A DNA stretch of 63,991 nucleotides, counting the filler, from Raillietiella orientalis (taxonomy: Eukaryota): NCBI GenBank assembly GCA_036172245.1. It is 4 parts of 4 records of this genome, joined end to end, with 100 filler letters (N's around TTAATTAATTAA, not from the genome) between each part and the next. Parts side by side here need not be neighbours in the genome. Positions count along the whole stretch, not along the records: positions 1 to 17,580 come from JAYWIR010000245.1; 3 more parts are not named here. One strand, 5' to 3'. The position numbers were made by a program, and so were the translations under genes. The notes under the pieces are model-generated. The model searched no databases and had not been told where the DNA came from. It was given only the letters and a program-made list of their open reading frames with translations. Below are positions 1 to 11,643 of the stretch, piece by piece; the first letter of the stretch is position 1, and every line of letters begins with the position of its first letter.

Positions 1-129
1 CCCTCGCAATCTCGGTCTTTCGATGTGTCGACAAAGCAGCCCTCCAGGAAGGTTCGAGGTCCTTCCTGGGCTTCGTTCCAAGGCTCTCTTCGGAAGGAGG
101 CAGACAGACAAACTCGACCCCCATTTTTT

Positions 130-1475
130 AGAAGAACATTGAGATGATTCCGACGTTTCATTAGGGTGGGGCACATTGTCCTCTGTGTGGTTTTCATGGT
201 AACCAGTGTCGGAATAAGAAATCGAATGTTTTCCATCGCCCTGATTCATGATGTGTTCCAAGTTTCCACTGTTTGTTTTTTGTACTCTACTCGAAATGAG
301 CAGACTTCAATACTGCACTGGTGCTTCTCTTCCTGACGCATCCATTCGCAGTGAGTTGCAAATTCCCTTGATTGAGAACCGCAGAGCAATAAAATTTGCA
401 GGATCCAAAGTAACATTGAGAAGGGTTGGACACTTGATTAGGGATGGTCACTTTGAACCCTGTATTGTTTTTATAAACACCCGTGTCGGAATTAAGTATT
501 GAATGTTTTCCGTCGCACTGATCCATGATGTGCTCCAAGATTCAACTTTTTGTGTTTCGTAATCAATTCAAAATCAGCAGCCTTTAATATTGCACTGTTA
601 CGTCTCTTTCTGACGGGTCCATTTGCAGTGAGTGGCAGTTTCCCTTCATCGAGAGCCGCACAGCATTCCGATTCCCAGGAATGAGAGTAACATTGACAAG
701 GGTTGGGCACTTCGTTAGGGAGGGGCACTTTGAACTCTATGTTGTTTTCATGGTAACCAGCGTCGGAATTAAATATTGAATGTTTTCAATCGCAATGATT
801 GATGACATCTTCCAAATAAACACTTTTTATGTTTAGTAATCAATTCAAAATCTGGAAACTTCAATATTGGCTTGTTGCGTCTCTTCCTCTCGCATCCATT
901 TGCAGTGAGTGGAAAAGTGCCTTCATAAACAGTGGCACAGCATTCCAACTTTTTGGATTCAGATTGACATTGAAAGGTGTTCGACACTTCATTAGGGTTG
1001 GGTACTTTGAACCCTGTGTTGTTTTCATGGTAATCAGTGTCGGTATTAAATATTGAATGTTTTCCGTGGCACTGATTCATGATGTGCTCTAGGTTTCAAC
1101 TTTTTGTGTTTTCTAATCAAATCTATATCAGCAGGCTTCAATATTGCACTGTTGCGTCTTTTCCTGACGCATTTTTTTGCAGTGGTTGCCTAATTCCCAT
1201 CATGGCGAGCCGCAGAGCATTCCTATTTCCAGGATTCAGAGTAACATTGCGAAGATTCGGCACTTCATTATGGCGGGGCACTTGGAACTCTGTGTTGTTT
1301 TGATGCTAACCAGTATCTTTATTGAATATTGAAGGTTTTCCATCGCACTATTTCATGATATGTTGCAAATTTGCTACTTTTCATGTTTTGTAATCAATTC
1401 AAAATCAGCACTCTTTACCATTGCACAGTTACCTTTTTTCGCGACGCATACATTTGCAGTGAGTGGCCAATTTCT
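130..1475. repeat. ~277-bp tandem satellite, subfamily A (about 5 diverged units)
   Basis: GTTTTCATGGTAAC-like anchor recurs at ~190, 467, 745, 1021, 1297; shared blocks TATTGAATGTTTTC, TAATCAATTCAAAATC, TTTGCAGTGAGTGG. Confidence 0.9.
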
Positions 1476-3445
1476 GTCATGGTGCTATCCGTTTCTACAA
1501 TGTAGAGATAAAGTTTCTTCCCCACAAATTCCTTTTGTGGTCCAAATTTCTAGAGTTTGGTGACTTGAATTCTTTTTCTATTGCTTCCAATTCACCATTG
1601 CTCTCTTTCGAAGCTTCCTCACGGGCGCCCGTACTATGTACGGGTATGCAAATTCACGTTGCTCACATCATCACTGCATCCAGATCCCTTGGAACACCTT
1701 TCGGAATCTCAATAGGCCCAACGTTTTTTAAGGTGGTGCACATTGTTCTTTAAGCTGTTTTCATGGCAAGCATATTTGTAAAAAAGGAATAAAGTTTCTT
1801 CCCCAAAATTCCATTTGTGGTCCTATTTTGCAGTATTTGGTTATTTTAATTGATTTTCATTTGAGTCCAATCCACTAAAGCGCTTTTTCGGTGGTTCCTC
1901 ACGGGTCAATTGGCACGGAGATGCATGTTCACTTTGATAACATCCCCATTGCTTCCGTAACGCTTGCAAAATCACAAAATCGCAGGAGCTTGAAATTTCT
2001 TCAAGGATGTGGACATTGGTTTTTGAATTGTTTCCCTGGCAATAATTTTTGTTCTTTAGGCATCAAGTTTTTTTCCCCCAAAATTCCTTATGTGCACCAA
2101 ATTTTCTGTGTTTGGCGATTCGAAAATATTTTCAATTCCGTGCAATTCACCATTGTGGCAATTCGTAGCTTCATTACGGATCCCTTTCCTCGGGGATGCA
2201 AATAAACGTTCATCGCCTTCCCACTGCATCTCATTCCTTTGTAAGTAGTGAAAAAATCACGAGACACCCAAACTTATTGAAGGAGAGGCACATTTATCTT
2301 TGAGCTCTTTCCATAGCAACCGTTTTACAATGAAGAGATAAAGTTTTTTTTCCCAAAATTTTTTTTGTGGTCCAAATCTCTAGTGTATGCTGATTTCTAA
2401 GTATTTTCAAGTTCGTCCAATCAACCATTGCTCTCCTGCGGAGCTTCCTTCCGGATCACTTTCCACGGGCATGCAAATGCACATTAACCACATTCCTACT
2501 GCGTATTAGTCCTTTGAGAGAAGTGTAAAAATCAAAAGGTACCCATACTTATTCATGGAGGTGCAAATTGTTCTTTTGGTCGTTTTCATGGCAACCATTT
2601 TTACGATGAAGAGATAAAGTTTTTTCCCCCAAATTCCTTTTGTGTGCCAAATTTTAAGTGTCTGATGATTTCAAAGCATTTTATTAGTGCTTCCAATCCA
2701 CCATTGCTCTCCTTTGTTGCTTACTTACGGATCCCTTTCCACGGTGATTCACATACACGTTCATCTCCTCCCCACTGCATCCCAATCCCTTGGAAAAAGT
2801 GAAAAAATTACAAGAGACCCCAACTTATTCAAGGATGGGAACATTGGTCTTGGAGCTGTTTTAATGGCAACCGGTTTTGCAATGAAGAGATCATGTATTT
2901 TTCCTCACAAATTTCTTTTTTTGCGCAAATTTCCAGTTTGTAGTGATTTGAACTCATTTTTAATTGCGTCGTATCCACCATTGAGCTTTTTTCGAGTTTC
3001 CTCACGGGTCTCTTTCCACGGAGATGCAAATGTACGTTCTTCACATCCTTACTGCATCCGAATCCCTTGGAACATCTGAAACGATCACAAGAGGCCCAAA
3101 CTTATTCAAGGATGGGACCATTGGTCTTGGAGCTGTTTTCATGGCAACCATTTTTGCAATGAAGCCATAAAGTTTTATCCCTTAAACTTCCTTATGTGGT
3201 TCAAATTTTCAGTGGTTGGTGATTTGAATGCGTTTTTTATTGTGTGGATTTAAGCATTGCGCTCCATTGGAGCTCCCTCGCGTTATCCTTTCCACGGGGA
3301 TACTAATACACGTTCATCACATCTCCACTGCATCCGAATCCCTCGGAACGAGTGAAAAAATCACAAGAGGCCCAAATTTTTTGAAGAAGACTCACATATG
3401 TCTTTGAGCAGTTTTCATGACAACCATTTTTGCAAAGAAGGGATA
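1476..3445. repeat. ~276-bp tandem satellite, subfamily B (about 7 diverged units)
   Basis: GTTTTCATGGCAAC-like anchor at ~1757, 2027, 2306, 2582, 2858, 3136, 3411; shared blocks GAGATAAAGTTT, TTTCCACGG, CCCAAACTTATT. Confidence 0.9.
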
Positions 3446-3588
3446 CCCTCACCAGCTGTCACTCTTAGATTGGTGTTGCCGAGCCATCTTTTATACTCTT
3501 GATTTTCCCCAAGTCCCACAAGGGGTGGGGTAAATTTGTTTTCTATCAAAATAACATTCACACAACAATTTTACATTCACACTCTCAT

Positions 3589-6500
3589 TCACTCGTTATA
3601 CAAACACTTTTTCACTTTGAAGTCCTTTTGAATCACTAGAGTTCTGCTTTTCAGGGTGGGATTCCAGCTGGATGGTCCCGGGCGTCGTCCTCGATCCTCT
3701 TCAGGATGAATCTGTACGTCCAGGCTTGGATTCTTTCTACAGTTCCTGATGCCGATTTCCTTCTTGATGAGTCCTTGCAGAATCTCCATCGGGTTTGCGG
3801 CTCTCCTGGCTTTCCTCATCTTCCACCACCGCACAAGTATGGCGGTGATGAAGAGGGCAATGGTCGTCCTCACCATGGGATTGTAACAGGGAACATTACC
3901 ATCTCCCTGAAACATCCCGGAGAGGATCTCCATTACGGAGCTGGTGGTACGTCCGATGATCCTTTTCACGATCAGCCAGTCGTGAAGCAGTGTGGGACAC
4001 GTCAAGATGTGGAGTCTTGTATCGATGTCACCACACGCCGTGCAGTCTCTGTCTTCCCTTCTTCTTGTGAAGTGCTGTAGTTGGGACCAGGTCAGGATTC
4101 CTCCATGATAGAACATCAGGAGGTTGTCCTGGGTTTTCGGCGGAAGATCACTCCTCCAGAGCGTTGTGCCGATCGCCAGCAGGTTGATGCGATCGCTCCC
4201 GTAGCGGTCGGCGGCTTCTTGGAGGGCACTGGTGTCTCTTTCATCTTCTTTGATCAGTCTGCGGAGGTTCATTTTGGTAAACCTCGACCACGCGAAGTCG
4301 TTGTGGTTGATCCACACCTCGCGGGTCATGTGGGTGAACCTTCCTAACATCATCTCTATATATTGAAGTATACGAGTGTGGTGTAGGTAGCCTCCTCTTC
4401 TCCACTCCTGGATTCGATGCAGGGTAACTCTGGACCGCCAGTAGATCCAGCTTCTCGTGTCCGGCGGAACAGGAAGCAACCAAGGGATCACCAGGATGGA
4501 CTCGTCCTGCCAGAGTTCCCTGCTTCGTGGCACGATCTTGATTTGGTGCTTCCGCACCAGCCGTTGCTTCCTCCTCCAGGTCGGGTCGATTGTTATCCAT
4601 TCCCCTGCTCGACCTAGCAGCGCAGTCAACAGGCTTTTCGAGTTGTTCAACAACAACGGGTAGGCCCGGTGCGCTGCGTATGGCCAGTCATCCCAGTGAG
4701 CGGCAATGTCCAGGATGTGTCGCGTATCCATGATTTCCATGCAATGTGCAGGCGACTTCATCCCGGAACCGCCTTCTTCTTTGGGACGACACAGGGGTTT
4801 AAGACGAACTCTAGGGCGATAGTGGCCCTACAGTGTTTTGCGCTGCAGCTTCTCTACTTCTCTCGTGGTTTCTTTATTCATTCTTGCGAAGGCCGCCCCA
4901 AAGAGTACCTTTGGAAGGAGTACTCCGTTCCTTAGGTTGGCTCTTCGCTTCATGTTAAAGTCCGGTCGAGTGTATTTCGCCGCTTCTTTAACCGTTTTCC
5001 CCAGGATTTCTGTCCACAGCAGCTCTGACGCAGAGTCGTCGCCGATGTAGACTCTTAGGTACTTGGCCGTGTCCACCGTACGGAATCCACTACCCGTTAG
5101 AGTGGAGAGATCCAGTATTCCGACGGGCAAAAGCTGGCTCTTCTGGGAATTGATTTTTAAGCCCAAGCCCTGTTCCATCAGGTCCACCACATCCAGAAAC
5201 GCACGCTGATTTTTCTCTCCCTTGATGAAGAAGAGTAGATCATCGGCTTATGCCAGATGGGTAAGACATTGGCCATCGATGGTAATCCCGCTCAGTCGTC
5301 CGCTCTTCTCGATGTAAGAAGACAACGCCTCCATGTAGATGACGAACAGCATCGGACTTAGCGAGTCGCCCTGCCGGACTCCCCGTTCCATCCTGATTGC
5401 TGCCGTCTCCTGGCCGTTGATCTTGATCCGGCAGTACTGGTTCTGGAGTACCACCCTCACGAAGTTGCTGAAGTGTTCCGGAAGCCCTAGCTTCTCTAGA
5501 ACCTTCAGCAGCATCCCATGGTCGATGGATTCGAAAGCCTTCTCCATGTCAGTGAACACCAGCGCCAGGTTCTCGCCGACGTATCGGCTGAGTCCGACGG
5601 TGGACTGGGCACACTTGACATTGTCCGACATATGTCGTCCGGGGACTGCACACGTCTGGACCGGAGAGATGATCCTCGACATGACCTTGCCTAAGTGGTT
5701 GGACCAGATCTTCGCCAACCACTTGGTATCGGAGTTCAGGATCGAGATTGGCCTCCATTGAGCGACCTGCGTGAGGTTGCCTCTTTTTGGCAGCAATCTC
5801 ATCCGACTCTCGTAGAAGGACTGAGGGAGGCTTCCTTCTTCGCGGATGCAGAGGGTCAACTGGTGGAACAAACGCAGGTAGGCGTGCAGGTACCGCTGGT
5901 AGTGCGTGCTAGGTACACTGTCAGGGCCCGATGCCACATCCTTGCGTAGTTGGCCAAACGCAGTCTTGACCTCGTCTTCGGAGAATTCCTCCTCCAGTCT
6001 ATTCCTCTGGAGGTCGTCGATCCTCTTCTCGAGATATCCCAGGAAAGCTTTCTGACTGGATCGACAGGGATGTTGTGGTCGGAAGTGTTTCTTGTAATGC
6101 CTGCCAAAGGCTTCCACGATATCCTCCGACGAGTGCCGCTTCTGGCCGTCGTACTGGATGCAGAAGATGTCTGTTGCCAGATTCCTCTTCTCCAGCACAC
6201 CGACTTCCCCTTTCACGTTTTGGAAGACGTACCGGCTCTCGTACTGATCGAAGTACTTTGAGAGGGAGCGATCTTGGATGTTCAGCTCCTGGTACGCTTT
6301 CTGCCTTATTCGATTACTAAAGTACTGCATGTTGCAGAACAAATGGATCCTGTACTTCAACCTGTCCCAGTCGGCGACTCTGCGGATGGTGGTGTCCCGC
6401 AGAATCGCCTCAATGACTTCCTGGTGACAGGGATGCGTTTCGAACCAGGCGGGCATGCAGATGAGCACCGCCTTGGTGGCTTTTTCCTTCCGAGGATTCT

Positions 6501-7170
6501 CTGTGCGGAGTGTTAACCGTACCATTGGGTGATCGGACAACAGGTGTGGAATGTCCCGAAAACCCTGGATGCGGTTGTCTATCTCCGCACTGTAGAGCAC
6601 GTGATCGATCGGTTTGTGGCTAGCTGTTCGGCACAGAAGTCCGAAATCGTCGGACAACCGCCGATACGCCGCTCTTTCTCTTGCATCCTGAGAGTACTTG
6701 ATCTCGTCGAGGATATTCAAATCACCCGCGACGATGATGATGTCCTTCGGTGCCACTCGTTTGCGGAGTTCTTCGTGTAGTTTTTCCGCGCACCGATGCT
6801 TGAGATCTTGAGGTCCGTACACGTTCACCAGAAAGAGGTGAACGTTGCTGGACCAGGACAGTCGCACGCCGATGATCCTACCAGGTACCGGACAGAAGGT
6901 TTCCAGAATGGTGTGGGCGAGCTCGTTTTCGATGAGGATCGCCACCCCCATGGTCTTCTTTTGTCCTTCGCTGGTGAACAGTTGCCCGTTTAACCGACGT
7001 TTCATCTCCAGGGCGTTCTGGTGCCCGAGATGGTGGGTTTCCTGAAGGCACACTACATCTTGTCTTGCGATGGTCCGCATGACACTTTTCCTTTTCCCCT
7101 GGTCCGTCAGTCCATCCACATTCCAGGAGGCGATGTTGATCCTCCTGGCACTGGACAGCGACGAGGCCAT
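3589..7170 (-). pseudogene. Family A ORF2: AP endonuclease + reverse transcriptase, disrupted
   Basis: ASWNVDG, CLQETH, VNVYGP, AGDLN, IDH, SDH (APE); WRPISILN, DMEKAF, GVRQGDSLSP, KYL (RT); CTAC..HILTC. YADD reads *ADD (TAA at 5248), second stop at 4828, frameshift near 4765. Confidence 0.93.
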
Positions 7171-7182
7171 GAAAGGGGGAGT

Positions 7183-9104
7183 CTACTTGCCAGTCTTTCT
7201 TGCTTTCCTCAACTTCTTCTGCTGGGGAGACCTTTGCAGTTTCCTCGTGGAAGAAGTGGGTTTCTCACTACTGGCATCGCTCTCGGTGCCGGTGTGATCA
7301 GTGGACTCGAATTCGTCCACAGAGCGTTTTGCCTCGGCGATCACCTTGCGCGGGAGGGTCTCCAAGGAAACCGTCGCACAGTAGACCGCCTTCACATCAC
7401 TGAGCTGGGCCTCCAGCTTCTCCCGCTCTGGTTCCACAACCATGCGGTTGATGTCGTCCTGGGCCTCGCAGATGCGATTCAGGAGTTGCTCCTGCTGCGT
7501 CTCCGGTTGGCTCTGACGGACCTCCTCTGCCAGCTTGATTACCTCCTCGGTGAGTTGCAGGGAGTCCTGCGACTCCGGGGTGTACTCTGGCGTCTTCTTC
7601 TCCTCTCTCTCTTCCGCCACCACCTCCATGCTCTCGCCTACTGCCGCTTCAGCTTCCTGGGTAGGAGGAATTTGGTGCTCCCTGGCAAGCATCTTCCTCC
7701 TCCTTTTCTTTCCCACCTCCACGAAACCGTCCGCCGAAACCGGAGCGGCCTCTCTCGCCTTCTTTTGCTTTTGTAGCTGAGGTTTAATCACCTCATCCAA
7801 CACCCTTTCCCTCACGGGGATTCTCCTCTCATCGTCCGGTAGTTGGCGTACTCCGGACAACTCCATTTCGCATGCCCGGGTTGCCTGCAAAAGGAGCAAA
7901 GCTCGGGCATCTTGCAGTTCCGGACCTGGTGGCCCATCTTCCCACAGCGGAAGCAGCGGGAACTAGGGCAGGCACCTAGCCGGTGGCCGAAATTTTCGCA
8001 GCCAGTGCAGAAGATTGGCTGCTGCCTGTACCTGACTGAGACGTCTTTCGACGCGTCGTCAATCAGTACATTTCCGGGGATTTCTGCCCCCTCTTCCAGT
8101 TTGATTTGTCGATTACCTCGCCCGAGAAGATGTTTCCGGAGATATTCTGTGTTTTCATCACCAGAACTTCTCCGTATTGGGACAGGAAGTCCCACACCGT
8201 TTCCCTCTCTGTGAGGATGCCAAGCCCGTTTAGGAAGACGGTCGTGTAAGGCATTTCGCCAAAGCCTTGGACCATCTTCCCCTGAATATTAATGCTTTTT
8301 TCAATTAGGGCCTCATGCAGCTCCTCGCAATCCGTGTATAAAATAAATCCCGCTGAATTAGGGATTATCGCTTGGAGGCGGTCGAAATCTACATTGGTTT
8401 TCTAGAGTGTGCAATACACCTCCCTCACGTTGTTAAACCGGATCAGACCGGTTTTAAATGTAATCGGCTTGGACGCCAAGCTGAGTCGAAACATCGGCTC
8501 TTTCGTTCGAGTGATGTTCTCACTCGCCGGTTTGCCGAACACCCTATTCGGCTGTACAGAGGCCTGCCCGCCGTCACCGACGCATAAGAAAAGGGCTGCG
8601 ACGCCGCAGCCGAACAAGATGGCGTCGCTCCCTGCACCGCGTGGACGCCCGCGGGTCCCGCCTGGGACGCCGCCGCCGCGGGCTCAAACCTCGAGGTTGC
8701 CGCCTTTACCGCCGCGGGCGGCACCCTCGGCATCGCAGCCGCAGGCGCGACCTTCTTCGCCGCGGGCACGATCCTCGGCGTCGCCGCCGCGGGCACGACC
8801 TCCGCCGTCGTCGCCGCGGGCACGACCCTTGGCATCGCCGCCGCCGGCGCAGCAAAGCCCGCCGCGGGCGCGATCCTCGGCATCGCCGCCCCCACCTCGC
8901 CAGTGCCGCTAATTACCTCCATGGCTTCCTCCATGGGGGACGCTGGCCGCTCCACACTTCTTCCTCCGGACTGCCTCCTGATGGCCGCCGTGGCTGCCGC
9001 TGGAGAGCTTCGGAGGTCTCCCACCTGAGGGTCCTCTTCGCTGCTGCTGCTGTTGGAGATGTCCCTCGGTGGCACTGTCACTTCCGCACTTTCCTTTTCA
9101 AATA
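7183..9104 (-). pseudogene. Family A ORF1 (gag-like, 3x CCHC), frameshifted
   Basis: CTGCENFGHRLGAC, CFRCGKMGHQVRNC, CSFCRQPGHAKWSC; acidic/charged tail; Ala/Pro N-terminal repeats; split over several frames. Confidence 0.9.
8680..8890 (-). repeat. GC-rich coding minisatellite in ORF1 N-terminus (MPRxxPAA units)
   Basis: Repeated GCCGCGGGCACGAYC blocks; shorter version in copy 2 at ~52380-52545. Confidence 0.75.
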
Positions 9105-9246
9105 CTTGCCCTCTCGGGGCACGCAAAAATTGCCGCGGCAGTGGTTTTACTCACTGCCTTGGCGGGGTATTGGGTAAAGTTTTCAACTAGCAATAATCAC
9201 GGCTTAGTCACCTTCCTCGCCTATGATACTGCCCGTGCGCAAGTGT
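9105..9246 (-). ncRNA. U4: U4 spliceosomal snRNA (gene or full-length copy), ~142 nt
   Basis: Minus strand reads ACACTTGCGCACGGGCAGTATCATAGGC...GTGATTATTGCTAGTTGAAAACTTTACCCAATACCCCGCC, stem GGCAGTG/CACTGCC, Sm site AATTTTTG, terminal hairpin TGCCC/GGGCA; matches the recalled metazoan U4 layout including both U6-pairing segments. Confidence 0.93.
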
Positions 9247-9275
9247 GAACTTTGACATTTTCCAGCTTTCTGGAT

Positions 9276-9294
9276 CATCTTTCATACTCTTTGA
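9276..9294 (-). promoter_or_regulatory. Candidate snRNA proximal sequence element (alternatively a target-site duplication)
   Basis: TCAAAGAGTATGAAAGATG at about -48 to -30 of U4; near copy at 3485-3502. Confidence 0.35.
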
Positions 9295-9349
9295 CTTCTT
9301 TTTCTACATGAAACCATGTGCTGGCATGAAATAGGTTTGCCTTTATACT

Positions 9350-9799
9350 TCACCCGGTAACAACGTAAGTCTGCTCCAGGCTAATTACGTATTCGGCTAC
9401 CTGTCCTAGTCGCGCAGCCCACAGTTTCGCGATTAACTTGACGTCCGTTTTAATAACCGTGATCGGACGCCATTTGTTTAACTTACGGAGGTCTCCTCCC
9501 TTTGGAAGAAGCGTCATCTTAGCTGACCGGAACGAGGCGGGAACATCGCCTTCTTTTCGGATCAGCTGTGTCAACTTATGCACCTAGTGGGTTAACTCTG
9601 CCGCGAAGCTTTGATAAAACTCCGCGGGAAGGCCGTCTTCCCTTGGTGCCTTCCGACTCTTGAGCCTTTTTATTGCGGTGATGATTTTACAGGTCGTAAA
9701 AGGCTGATCGAGGCTTGGCATCTCTTCCTCCTCTATGGTTGGGTCTCCGTCCGGGAGCAGCAGTCGCGAGGCATCCCGCTCGGGAGGCGCCCTGGCGTG
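9350..9799 (-). mobile_element. L1/Tx1 RT fragment
   Basis: KAPREDGLPAEFYQ, LLPKGGDLRKLNKWRPIT, EQTY. Confidence 0.9.
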
Positions 9800-11643
9800 A
9801 GAACGTGTTTTTTCTGCGCTTCTGTTGCACATGTTTGCGAAGCCTTTTTTAAGTGTGTTTGTGAGAGGTGCATCGCCAGTGTCTCATGGCGGGAATGCCT
9901 GAGGACACCACGATGGAAATTGGAGGGGGAGAGGCATGTTTCTCTCCGCAACCCACGTAGGTGGGGGAAACCGCCCCCAAGGAGAAGAGGGCAACCGTTC
10001 CCTTGAAAAGTGGGGCAACCGCCCCCTCGGAAGTATGGGCAACCTTCTCCTTGAGAAAGGGGGCAAAGACCCTCCTGAAAAAGGGTTCAACCGCTTCCTT
10101 GGAAAAGGGTACAATCGCCACCCTGGAAAAGGACGCAACCGCTCCTTTGAAAAAGGGGGCAACCGCGTCCGTGGATCCGTCTTCTGTAAACACGAAGACC
10201 TGGAGCGCCGTGGCTGCAGCGCAATTTCCTGCACCCTTAGCTGAGCAGCGCGCCTACCTGGAACAAAGATACAAGCTGTCCTTGATTCACAAGGTAGGAA
10301 ACCTGTTCGTTGGAAATAAAATCCCTTTATTTCGAGAGGGAATTGCAGCTGCTTCAAGTTAAAGAGGGGGACCTGCTAGGTCTTTCAGTGCTCAGTGGGG
10401 GTCAGCAGGTGGAGCTAACTTGTACAGATGCAAGCCTGGCTCAGCACCTGCTGAATATATTCTTTATGCTGGAAAGCAAAAGGGTCTTCCCGGAAACCGA
10501 GGATCGCTCGGTTGTTGCATACCTCACAGGAGTTATCCTCCACATGACGAAAAGCGGCAATCAGGAGGAACTCAGCAAGTACGGCACTGTTCACGCGCTG
10601 TGGACCAAGCCGAAAGTCTTCCAAACCTATGGAAGATCGTTTGGCGGCATGGCTGCAGCGCGCGTAAGCGTGCATGAAAACAGTGGGCTGCCCCACAAGC
10701 TGGACGTCGGCAACGAGACGGTCGACGTCTGGTACGTGGGCAAGCCCAAGTACAGCGGAAACTGCGATGCCAGAGGGAACCTGAAAAAACGGTGCCCTCA
10801 CATCCAGTGTTTTCACTGCGGGAGAAGGGCCACCTCCGGAAAGTGTGCTAAAGCAGGAACCTCCAGCGCCCTCTGCCTTGAAAAAAGGTAAGGGGAAACG
10901 CTTGGAGAAAACAAGCAAGCCCACTGAGGCAAAGGAAAGGCAGAGCAAAAAGCCAGAGTCCGAATGCCCCCAGCAAACGGCGGTCGAGAAAACTCCCGAC
11001 GACGCTAGTGACAACAAGGACTGGCGGACAGCGAAGCCGAAAAGTAAAAAAAGCCGAAAAACCGAAGAACCGACAGCGGAACCCGCGACAACTTCTCTAA
11101 ATAGAAGGCAACGCCGCGCTTTGCTCCGCGACTGCTCGGTCGCTTTGGAGCGCGTGGTGGTCCCCGAGACCGTCACCGGGGGAGATATTTCCCGCCTCGT
11201 TGCCGACGAAGACGCGATCACGGAAGGCAAACCCTCTGTGCAAACAGAGGAAGAGACGTGCGACGCGCTCTCCGCAATCGAGAACGCTGCCTTCCAGCAG
11301 GCGGCGGAAGAGCTCGCTGCAGAACTCGCCGACCGTGAGAGCGGCTCTCAAAAGGCCTTGCGAAGGCCGGCCGCGAGCAAGACACCTCCGACAGGTGACC
11401 AAGACCCGGAAGCCGGAAGTGCGTCCTCCTCCGCGGAGGTGCCTCCCAAGACTGGACGGAATTCCAAGAATCCAAAGGGGCGCATCCCGACGAAAAAAGA
11501 GGGGGACGCACCGGCAGCCGAGGGGGAAGCCGGCAGCGTGGGAACAAAGGAAGGGATTTTCCCACCCTCCGCTACCGAGCAGCTGGCCACCCCATGGAGG
11601 AGGCTGAGCAGGTAGGTAATTGCCTCCCCCTGCCACCGCTGGG
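9800..11643 (+). mobile_element. L1/Tx1 element F: 5' UTR + decayed ORF1 (ATG 9886)
   Basis: AACGTGTTT start; TWSAV, PHKL, VDVWYVGKPKY, degenerate knuckle and CFHC; stops and frameshifts. Confidence 0.88.
9967..10168 (+). repeat. 24-bp coding tandem repeat (ATAPLKKG-like, about 8 units)
   Basis: GCAACCGCYCCYTTGAAAAAGGGG-like units in tandem. Confidence 0.85.

Larger units (their letters stand above)
3503..9104 (-). mobile_element. L1/Tx1-clade non-LTR retrotransposon, family A copy 1, near full length, decayed
   Basis: ORF1 with three CCHC knuckles followed by ORF2 (APE, RT, Cys/His motif); 3' boundary set by where similarity to copy 2 ends (CCCCACCCCTTGTGGGACTTGGGG-AAAA). Confidence 0.95.

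Noticed and set aside
248..3079. Repeated short ORFs; CRISPR-like periodicity
   Set aside because: Translations of diverged satellite units; no constant repeat with unique spacers; eukaryotic context
3446..3484. Possible start of a second snRNA or SL RNA after the 18-mer
   Set aside because: Too short before the satellite begins, and no match to any snRNA 5' end I recognise
9345..9362. CCGGGTGAA resembling the element 3' terminus upstream of U4
   Set aside because: Explained by the RT codons for (V)PG; no AATAAA or hairpin
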